A DNA stretch of 64,000 bases from Bryobacterales bacterium (GTDB lineage: Bacteria > Acidobacteriota > Terriglobia > Bryobacterales > Bryobacteraceae), in NCBI GenBank assembly GCA_037916615.1, contig JBAIXM010000051.1, positions 10,228 to 74,227 of the forward strand. Reading direction: 5' to 3'. Numbering within the stretch: position 1 is the stretch's first letter; every line of letters begins with the position of its first letter. Position numbers and translations under genes: made by a program. Shown one piece after another: positions 9,323 through 17,067 of this stretch. The notes under the pieces were generated by a model, which saw only the letters and a list, made by a program, of their open reading frames with translations, was not told the DNA's origin and ran no database searches.

Positions 9323-10468
9323 GTGATCGGCGCGATGGCCCATAGGATGAGTGAGTACCGCCGCCCCGCAGCATGGGTGCTGGGCGTTCTCTTCGCCGGC
9401 CAGCAATTCCTTTCCGCTCAGACCGTTGCGGACGTTCTGCTGGTTGTAAACGACGCCTCGGAGTTGTCCCGGAACGTCGCCCAGTACTACGCCGGCAGAA
9501 GGGGCGTCCCGTCGACAAACATTTGCCACCTTCGCACGGGCACAACCGAAGACATTGAGCGCGCGAAGTACGATCGCGAAATCGCCGGTCCGATCGGCGC
9601 CTGTCTCAAGCGGAACGGCCTTTTCGATCGGGTTTTGTACATCGTAACCACAGCGGGGGTCCCTCTGCGCATTCCCGGCGGCGTCGAAGGGATGCAGTCG
9701 GAGGCGGCATCGGTCGATAGCGAGCTGACTCTACTGTACTCAGATCTGAAGCAGGGGAAACCGCACTCCTTGGCAGGTCCGGTGTCGAACCCGTTCTTTG
9801 GACAGCGGAATGCGAAATTCCAACATCCAGAGTTCCCGATATACCTGGTGACGCGCCTGGCAGCCTACGATTTGGAGGAAGTCAAAGCGTTGATCGACCG
9901 AAGCCTGCATGCGGCGAATCAAGGAAAATTCGTGCTCGACATGAAATCGCCTGGACCCGGGGAGGGCGACGACTGGCTCCGGCAGGCCGCCAACCTCCTG
10001 CCCAAAGACCGCGTGATTCTCGATGCTTCGAAAGAGGTGATTTACGGCCAGAATGCGGTGATCGGATACGCCGGCTGGGGCTCGAACGACCCCAACCGGC
10101 ATAAGCGGTTTCTGGGATTTCATTGGCTTCCGGGCGCGATCGCTACGGAATTCGTCTCCAGCGACGGGCGTACTTTCCAGAAGCCTCCTGAAAACTGGAA
10201 CATCAGCGACTGGAGCTCCCGAACACTCTGGTTCGCAGGCAGCCCCCAAACTCTGACCGCCGATTTCCTCCTGGAAGGCGCTACAGCCGCCACAGGGCAC
10301 GTGTACGAACCGTATCTGGCGATGACGCCGCATCCGGAATACTTGCTTCCTGCCTACTATTCGGGGCGCAATCTCGCGGAGAGCTACTACCTTTCCATTC
10401 GCGGTTTAAGCTGGCAGAACATCGTGATCGGAGACCCACTGTGCTCGCTAGGTCCGCCAGGACATTGA
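9323..10468 (+). CDS. conserved hypothetical secreted protein (possibly TIGR03790-type family)
   Basis: 381 aa with signal peptide ...VLGVLFAGQQFLSAQ. Overall similarity, from memory, to a conserved hypothetical family seen in Acidobacteria/Verrucomicrobia. Start is ambiguous (GTG 9323, ATG 9335 or 9347). Confidence 0.6.
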   Translation: MIGAMAHRMSEYRRPAAWVLGVLFAGQQFLSAQTVADVLLVVNDASELSRNVAQYYAGRRGVPSTNICHLRTGTTEDIERAKYDREIAGPIGACLKRNGLFDRVLYIVTTAGVPLRIPGGVEGMQSEAASVDSELTLLYSDLKQGKPHSLAGPVSNPFFGQRNAKFQHPEFPIYLVTRLAAYDLEEVKALIDRSLHAANQGKFVLDMKSPGPGEGDDWLRQAANLLPKDRVILDASKEVIYGQNAVIGYAGWGSNDPNRHKRFLGFHWLPGAIATEFVSSDGRTFQKPPENWNISDWSSRTLWFAGSPQTLTADFLLEGATAATGHVYEPYLAMTPHPEYLLPAYYSGRNLAESYYLSIRGLSWQNIVIGDPLCSLGPPGH

Positions 10469-11448
10469 GGAGCGCCGCACTGAACTCGTTTAAGCCTCTA
10501 TTCCGGAATCCGCACCTGGCGACGATTGCGGCCAATTTTTGGCCTCGCCCGAAAAGCGAGCGCCGGTGGACCGTGGAAGAAGTCGTCTACGAAACCGAGC
10601 CCGGCGTTCGCGTTCTGGTGCATTCGCAGCGGCCCGATCGTGAAACTCCCCAAGGCGAGCTGATCCTGGTGCACGGGCTGGAGGGCTCGAGTGCCGCGGG
10701 CTATGCGCGCAGCATGGTTGACGCGGCGCTGGAACGCGGCTGGGCTACCCATCGATTCAACATGCGCGGTTGCGGCGGTACCGACGAACTCGCCGTCACC
10801 GGCTACCACGCCGGCCAGACCAGTGATCTGCTGGCCGTGATCCGGGAGCGGAGGCGCGCAAGTTCCCTGCCGATTTTCGTCATTGGTTTCTCACTGGGCG
10901 GAAATGTGACGCTGAAGCTGGCGGGCGAGCTCGGCGAAAGCGCTAAGGATCTCCTGGCAGGCATCTGCGCCGTTTCGACGCCCATCGACCTGGCGGCATG
11001 CGTGGCCGCCCTCTCCCAGCCGCAGAATTCGATCTACCAAGGCCGGTTCCTGAGCCGCCTGAAAGACCGGATCCGGCGTAAAAACCGGCAGGCTCCCGAC
11101 GTCTATACTCTGGAGCCCTTGCCCAAAATACGCACTATCGAAGATTTTGACAATCACTACACCGCCAAGCAGTTCGGATTCGGCACGGCGGCAAACTATT
11201 TTCGTACCCAGTCCTCGAACCAGTTTCTGGAGCACATTCGCGTGCCGGCGCTGCTGGTGCAGGCCAAGGACGATCCGCTGATTCCATTCTCGGTCTACGA
11301 CCATCCGGCATTTGACCGGAACCCGTGCCTGACGCTGCTGGCTGTCGATCACGGCGGGCATCTGGGCTTTCTTGCGCAGGGATCCCCCCGGTTTTGGCTG
11401 GACGGGACGGTGCTCGATTGGATCGAATCATGCACCCAGGGAACATAA
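10441..11448 (+). CDS. alpha/beta hydrolase (YheT/ABHD1-3-like)
   Basis: N-terminus FKPLFRNPHLATIAANFWPRP, nucleophile elbow GFSLGGN, C-terminal DDPLIP...DHGGHLGF. Confidence 0.85.
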   Translation: MLARSARTLRSAALNSFKPLFRNPHLATIAANFWPRPKSERRWTVEEVVYETEPGVRVLVHSQRPDRETPQGELILVHGLEGSSAAGYARSMVDAALERGWATHRFNMRGCGGTDELAVTGYHAGQTSDLLAVIRERRRASSLPIFVIGFSLGGNVTLKLAGELGESAKDLLAGICAVSTPIDLAACVAALSQPQNSIYQGRFLSRLKDRIRRKNRQAPDVYTLEPLPKIRTIEDFDNHYTAKQFGFGTAANYFRTQSSNQFLEHIRVPALLVQAKDDPLIPFSVYDHPAFDRNPCLTLLAVDHGGHLGFLAQGSPRFWLDGTVLDWIESCTQGT

Positions 11449-11490
11449 AGGCCGGCATCCACGTATCCTAGAAGTTCAGGGTCTTTTCGC

Positions 11491-12732
11491 GTGAAATCCC
11501 AAGCATCCTTTTTTGAGGCCGCCGCGGTTGCTCTCGATTCGCTCCGCAATAGCAAGCTGCGGAGTTTTCTGACGCTGCTCGGCATCATTCTCTCGACCAC
11601 GACGCTCATCTCCGTGATGGCGGTGATCCACGGGATGGACGTGGTTGTGGCGAACAGCGCATCCACCATGGGTACGGAAGGGTTCCGCGTGCTGCGGTTT
11701 GCTTTTATCGCGAACTGGGATCCGAAAAAGTTCCTGGAATACCAGCGCAAGAACCCGGAGCTTTCCCTGGAGGAGTACGACTTCCTGAAGGACCGTCTGA
11801 CGCTGGTGAAGGAAATGAGTCCGTCCTCGCAGCGCGGCGTCAAGGTGACCTACGAGGGGGACCTTGTGGACGGCGTTGCCCTGATTTCCTTCAACTCGAC
11901 GGGTGCCTCATTGACCAGCACCGAAATCGAGACCGGTCGCATGTTCACCGAGACTGAGGACAATCGCCACATGGAGGTGGCGGTCCTGGGCGCGGATCTG
12001 AAGAACCGGTTTTTCCCGAACGTGGATCCGATCGGGAAAACGGTTCAGATCGACGGACGTCCGTTTCAAGTGGTCGGAGTGGCGAAGCCGAAGGGAAGTG
12101 TGTTCGGCCAATCGCAGGATAATTTCGTTTCGATTCCCATTCAGACCCACGTCAAGATCTACGGAGCGCGGAGTGGGCTGACTTACAATTTTTCAGCGCT
12201 GAGTAAGGATCGCATGGTGGAAGCCGAGGACGAAGTCCGGGCCTTGTTGCGCGCGCGGCGTCACCTGAAGCCTGGGCAGGACGACACGTTCATGATAATT
12301 TCCTCCGACACGCTGATTTCTGCCTGGAACAGCCTGACGGGAGCGATCGCGGCGGCGGCCATCGGCATCGTGAGCGTGTTTATGGTGGTGGGCGGTGTGG
12401 TGATCATGAACATCATGCTGGCGGTGGTCACCGAGCGCACGCGCGAAATCGGAGTGCGCAAAAGCGTGGGCGCGCGCCGGCAGGACATCCTCAACCAGTT
12501 CCTGGTGGAATCCTCGATGTTATCCGGCATCGGCGGCCTGATCGGGGTCACGCTTTCCTGGCTGATCGCGCTGATCGTGCGAAACACGACGCTGGTCCCA
12601 ATGGAAACGCCGATCAATGGCGTGATTATCGGGGTCACACTCTCAGCGGCCGTGGGATTGTTTTTCGGGATCTACCCGGCCCGGCGGGCTTCGCGCCTGG
12701 ACCCGATCGTCGCGCTGCGGGCGGAGAGCTGA
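11491..12732 (+). CDS. ABC-transporter permease, MacB-like (MacB periplasmic core + FtsX domain)
   Basis: 413 aa. TM1, large periplasmic domain, then C-terminal FtsX 3-TM bundle with ERTREIGVRKSVGA and GIYPARRASRLDPIVALRAE. Confidence 0.9.
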   Translation: MKSQASFFEAAAVALDSLRNSKLRSFLTLLGIILSTTTLISVMAVIHGMDVVVANSASTMGTEGFRVLRFAFIANWDPKKFLEYQRKNPELSLEEYDFLKDRLTLVKEMSPSSQRGVKVTYEGDLVDGVALISFNSTGASLTSTEIETGRMFTETEDNRHMEVAVLGADLKNRFFPNVDPIGKTVQIDGRPFQVVGVAKPKGSVFGQSQDNFVSIPIQTHVKIYGARSGLTYNFSALSKDRMVEAEDEVRALLRARRHLKPGQDDTFMIISSDTLISAWNSLTGAIAAAAIGIVSVFMVVGGVVIMNIMLAVVTERTREIGVRKSVGARRQDILNQFLVESSMLSGIGGLIGVTLSWLIALIVRNTTLVPMETPINGVIIGVTLSAAVGLFFGIYPARRASRLDPIVALRAES

Positions 12733-12738
12733 TCGCCC

Positions 12739-13968
12739 ATGAAACTGTTGCTGTCCGTGATCGGGCTGGCGCTGGCGACCCTGCGCGAGAACAAGGTGCG
12801 CTCGTTCCTGACGCTGCTGGGCGTGATGATCGGCACAGGAACGATCATTGGGGTGGGCTCGATCCTGACCGGGCTCGATGGTGCGGTCACCGGCGCCATC
12901 CGCAGTCTGGGTACGAACACGGCGATCGTCATGCGCATCGGGCCGAGTTTCGGCGGAGGGCGCACGCCGGAGCAGCGCATGCGCCGTCCGCTGACCTATG
13001 AGAACGCGGTTGCGATTGCCGAGCGATGCCCTTCGGTGGAGCACGTCAGCCCGATTCTTCAGCCGCCGAACGGCATCCTGCGGGCCCGCTACAAAAGCAA
13101 CGACGCGTTCCAGTTGCAGATGTTCGGCACAGTGGAATATTACGCCACCGCGGGCCAGGCCGACATGATGACGGGCCGGTTTTTCACGGAAGCTGAAGAC
13201 CGGCGGCGGCTCCCCGTGGCGGTGCTGGGGCAAGACCTTTACAAGCAGCTTTTCGGCAAGGAAGATGCTATCGGGAAAACAATCCTGGTTGCGGGGCATG
13301 AGCTTGAAGTGATCGGGGTGATGAACACGCCCGCTACCGCTCTGCCGGGGCAAAATGACAATCGTGTCGTGATTCCGTATTTCACCATGCGGAAGATATT
13401 TCCCACCGCACAGGAGCACCAGCTTATCGTGCAGGCGAAAGACGGGCAGCTCGCCGCGGCGATTGACGAGATGCGGGCCGTGCTGCGGCAGGAGCGGCGA
13501 GTGCCGCTAAACAAACCGGATAGCTTCGATATCTCGACCGCGGACCAGTTAGTCGACCAGTTCCGATCGGTCACGTCGGTGGTCGCCCTGGTGATGGTCG
13601 TGTTGAGCTCGATCGGCCTACTGGTGGGCGGGATCGGCGTGATGAACATCATGCTTGTGTCGGTGACGGAGCGAACGCGCGAAATCGGCGTGCGCAAAGC
13701 GATCGGCGCGCGGCGCGGCGACATTATCATCCAGTTCCTGACCGAAGCCGTGGTCCTGACGGGCCTTGGCGGGCTGATCGGCATGCTGTTCGGCTGGACG
13801 GTATCGCAAGTAGCGCGGATCTTTCTGCCGAACCTGCCAACGCTGGTACCGCTGTGGGCGGTCCTGCTGGGGATCGCGGTGAGCGTCGGGATCGGCGTGT
13901 TCTTCGGCATCTGGCCGGCCAGCAAGGCCGCCCGGCTGGATCCGGTCGAAGCGCTGCGGTACGAGTAG
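12739..13968 (+). CDS. ABC-transporter permease, MacB-like (paralog of the preceding gene)
   Basis: 409 aa with the same architecture: ERTREIGVRKAIGA, GIWPASKAARLDPVEALRYE. Lies 6 nt after the previous gene. Confidence 0.9.
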   Translation: MKLLLSVIGLALATLRENKVRSFLTLLGVMIGTGTIIGVGSILTGLDGAVTGAIRSLGTNTAIVMRIGPSFGGGRTPEQRMRRPLTYENAVAIAERCPSVEHVSPILQPPNGILRARYKSNDAFQLQMFGTVEYYATAGQADMMTGRFFTEAEDRRRLPVAVLGQDLYKQLFGKEDAIGKTILVAGHELEVIGVMNTPATALPGQNDNRVVIPYFTMRKIFPTAQEHQLIVQAKDGQLAAAIDEMRAVLRQERRVPLNKPDSFDISTADQLVDQFRSVTSVVALVMVVLSSIGLLVGGIGVMNIMLVSVTERTREIGVRKAIGARRGDIIIQFLTEAVVLTGLGGLIGMLFGWTVSQVARIFLPNLPTLVPLWAVLLGIAVSVGIGVFFGIWPASKAARLDPVEALRYE

Positions 13969-14007
13969 GCTCCGGCTGTTTCTACGTGCTGTGCCGCGAA
14001 ATGTAAT

Positions 14008-14062
14008 TCCTATTGCATTCCCATAGGAGGCATGGTATTGTTCCTCTGGGAATCCAATAGGA
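14008..14062. promoter_or_regulatory. candidate PadR operator (15-bp inverted repeat)
   Basis: TCCTATTGCATTCCC (14008-14022) and GGGAATCCAATAGGA (14048-14062) are reverse complements apart from the central base. They flank or overlap the padR translation start region. Confidence 0.4.
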
Positions 14063-14064
14063 GC

Positions 14065-14409
14065 ATGGAACAACGAACCGACGTCTGGCAGGGCACCCTG
14101 GCTCTGATGGTGCTCAAGACGCTGAACGCGCTCGGCCCGCTGCACGGTTACGGCATTGCGAGGCGGATCGAGCAGACCAGCGAGAATCTGCTGTCCATCA
14201 ACCACGGAACGCTATATCCGGTGCTGCTGAAGCTGGAGCAGGAAGGCTCCATCGCCTCGGAGTGGGGCGTTTCCGACAACAATCGCAAGGCTAAGTTTTA
14301 CCGCATTACTCGATCGGGCAAAAAGGAATTGGCCGCTGAGGAACGCGAGTGGCAGCGGGCCAACGACATTATTGCCCGCTTCTCAGCCCTGGGAGGAGAA
14401 TCGTCGTGA
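14065..14409 (+). CDS. PadR-family transcriptional regulator (acidobacterial type)
   Basis: Winged HTH LALMVLKTLNALGPLHGYGIARRIEQ...GTLYPVLLKLEQEG. ATG 14065 preceded by TAGGAG. An alternative ATG at 14032 is also preceded by TAGGAGG. Stop overlaps the next gene's start (GTGA). Confidence 0.9.
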   Translation: MEQRTDVWQGTLALMVLKTLNALGPLHGYGIARRIEQTSENLLSINHGTLYPVLLKLEQEGSIASEWGVSDNNRKAKFYRITRSGKKELAAEEREWQRANDIIARFSALGGESS

Positions 14410-17063
14410 AAACGCTGCGAAGAACCTGGAACCGCCTCTGGGGATCCGTTTTGATCGAAAACTCTGACTTATCCGATGAGATCCAGTCCCATATTGATAT
14501 GCAGACTGCGGACAATCTGCGCGCCGGACTGCCTCCCGAGGAAGCGCGCCGTCAGGCAAGACTGAAATTCGGCGGGCTGGATTCCACAAAGGAGAGCTAT
14601 CGCGATCAGCGAGGGTTGCCGTGGCTCGAAACCACCTGGGCCGATCTCCGCTACGCGGCGCGAGGCCTTCGCCACAGCCCGGCGTTCACGATCGTCGCCG
14701 TGCTCACACTGGCGATCGGAATCGGCGCGAACACGGCCATCTTCAGCCTGGTGAACCAGCTCCTGCTGCACCCGCCGGGGATCGATCATCCGGAGCGCGT
14801 CGTCGGTGTTCGTACGGAGTACCCGAAACTGAACCTTGCATTCAACGGTTCCTCGTCATCCGACTTGCCCGATCTGCGCTCGAGCACAAACGTCTTCGAG
14901 CGCGCGGCCATCGTGCGGCGCGGCGATTTGAACTATACCGATGGGCCAGCTCCGGAGCGCCTGCGTGGAGCGATGGTATCGGCTGAGTGGTTTGACGTGT
15001 TCGGGGCGAAGCCTCTAACCGGCCGCGTGTTCACTCCGCAGGAGGATCAGCCCAACCTGAATCGCGTGGCCGTGCTGTCCTACGCGGGATGGACGCGCAT
15101 CTTCGGAGCCGACCGGAACGTTATCGGGAAAGTGGTTCAGTTCGACCAGACCCCATATCAGATTGTGGGCGTCATGCCGGCGAATTTCGAGCAGCCGTGG
15201 AACACAGACGTGTGGACGCCGCTCGGCCTGGATCCGCAGTTGTACGCCCCTCAGAACCGCTTGAATGAGTCGTTCTTTCTCGCGGCGCGCCTGAAACCGG
15301 GAGTGTCGTTCGAGCAGGGCCAGGCGTGGATGCGAGTGCTCACCGAGCGCGTCTACAATGCCGGCATTCCCATTTCGGCGATCGCCAAGAATGGCAACTG
15401 GAGTATTTCGCTGGTGCATTACACCGACGATTCGGCGGGTGACAACAAGCCGGCGCTGCTGCTCTTGCTGGGAGCCGTGGGATTCGTCCTGCTGATCGCC
15501 TGTGCAAACATCGCCGGACTCATGGTGGCGCGAACGTCTGTCCGCGCGCGGGAGCTGGCCGTCCGTGCGGCGCTGGGTGCCAGCCGAATCCGGCTGCTAC
15601 GGCAAATGCTATCGGAAAGCCTGGTGTTGGCGATCGTCGGCGGCGTGATGGGCCTGGTCTTTGCGGCCGGCGCGGTACGGCTTATTCTGCGCCTCGCGCC
15701 CGAAAATGCCGTCGCGGGACTGAATACCAGCCTGGACGTGTACGTCATGCTGTTCTGCGCGGCGGCGACTATCTTGGCAGCCGTGTTGTTCGGGCTGATG
15801 CCTGCCTGGCAAGTCTCGCGAACCGATCTTCAGGGTTCGCTCAAGACGGAAGGGCGCACGAATACATCCGATTCCCGCCGGCAGCGCCTGCGTTCGCTCC
15901 TGGTGATCGGCGAGACCGCCCTGGCGCTCACGCTCCTCGTCGTTGCCGGTCTGTTCGTTCGCAGCTTTCTCCGAATTCAGACCGTCAACCCGGGTTTCAA
16001 TCCCAAAGGAGTCATGACCGCGATGTACCGGCTGCCACTGGCGCAGTACGCGGCAGGCCGGGATCAGGCGAACTTTCATCGCGCGCTGCTCACCAACCTT
16101 CGCGCGGCTCCGGGCGTGGTCGCCGCCGGACTGGGTTATCCCACGCCGTTCAGCGGCGACAACCAAGCGGGTTCCTTCCAAATCGAGGGCCAGACGCTCG
16201 ACCCCGGCGATCCCGGTCCCCACGGCGACCGGCGGTTCATTTCGCCGGGATATATGGAGACGCTCGGGATCCCATTAAAGCGCGGGCGATATTTCACAGA
16301 TCAGGACAGCGCCGACAGCGAGCGGGTCGCGATCATCGATGAGGATCTGGCGCGGCGGTATTGGCCCACCGAGGATCCGATCGGAAAGCGCATGCGGGTC
16401 ACCGCCAATAACGCGCCCTGGGTTACCATCGTCGGCATTGTCGGTCACGTGATGCACTGGAGGCTCGCTTCGGATTCCGGCGTCGGCGTGTACTACTTCA
16501 GCCTTCTCCAGGGGCGGTCCCTTCCAGGGGCGACCATCGCTGTCAAAACTGCGGGCGATCCGAACCTGATGGTGGGCGTGATCCGCGATGCGGTGCGGGC
16601 AGCCGATCCACATCAGGCCGTCCACACGTTCGGCACCATGGACTACTACATCTCCCGTTCGCTCGATACGCGCCGGTTCGGCATGCGCCTGCTGGGATTC
16701 TTTGGTGCGGTCGCGCTGTTCCTGGCGGCACTGGGGCTCTATGGCGTCATCAGCTACTCGGTCGCGCAGCGGACGCGCGAGATCGGGATTCGTATGGCAC
16801 TGGGCGCGAAGCGGCAATCCGTGCTGGCGCTGGTGGTCGGGCAAGGATTCCGGCTCGCAGCCGTGGGCGTCGCCATCGGCGTCGGGGGCGCGGCGCTGTT
16901 GGGGCAGTACATCCAGAGCCAGCTATTCCAAGTGAAGAGTTTCGATCCCCTGACGGTCGTGGCCACGTCGGCGGCCTTGCTCGGGGCGGGATTGCTCGCG
17001 AGTTATCTACCGGCAAGGAAAGCCACGCGGGTCGATCCGGCAGTGACCTTGCGTTGCGAATAG
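14406..17063 (+). CDS. duplicated orphan MacB/FtsX permease (ADOP family) with N-terminal cytoplasmic prefix domain
   Basis: GTG 14406 overlaps the padR stop. Two MacB-core + FtsX halves (ARTSVRARELAVRAALGA and QRTREIGIRMALGA). C-terminus ARKATRVDPAVTLRCE. About 73 aa of helical prefix precede TM1. Confidence 0.9.
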   Translation: MKTLRRTWNRLWGSVLIENSDLSDEIQSHIDMQTADNLRAGLPPEEARRQARLKFGGLDSTKESYRDQRGLPWLETTWADLRYAARGLRHSPAFTIVAVLTLAIGIGANTAIFSLVNQLLLHPPGIDHPERVVGVRTEYPKLNLAFNGSSSSDLPDLRSSTNVFERAAIVRRGDLNYTDGPAPERLRGAMVSAEWFDVFGAKPLTGRVFTPQEDQPNLNRVAVLSYAGWTRIFGADRNVIGKVVQFDQTPYQIVGVMPANFEQPWNTDVWTPLGLDPQLYAPQNRLNESFFLAARLKPGVSFEQGQAWMRVLTERVYNAGIPISAIAKNGNWSISLVHYTDDSAGDNKPALLLLLGAVGFVLLIACANIAGLMVARTSVRARELAVRAALGASRIRLLRQMLSESLVLAIVGGVMGLVFAAGAVRLILRLAPENAVAGLNTSLDVYVMLFCAAATILAAVLFGLMPAWQVSRTDLQGSLKTEGRTNTSDSRRQRLRSLLVIGETALALTLLVVAGLFVRSFLRIQTVNPGFNPKGVMTAMYRLPLAQYAAGRDQANFHRALLTNLRAAPGVVAAGLGYPTPFSGDNQAGSFQIEGQTLDPGDPGPHGDRRFISPGYMETLGIPLKRGRYFTDQDSADSERVAIIDEDLARRYWPTEDPIGKRMRVTANNAPWVTIVGIVGHVMHWRLASDSGVGVYYFSLLQGRSLPGATIAVKTAGDPNLMVGVIRDAVRAADPHQAVHTFGTMDYYISRSLDTRRFGMRLLGFFGAVALFLAALGLYGVISYSVAQRTREIGIRMALGAKRQSVLALVVGQGFRLAAVGVAIGVGGAALLGQYIQSQLFQVKSFDPLTVVATSAALLGAGLLASYLPARKATRVDPAVTLRCE

Positions 17064-17067
17064 CGGC

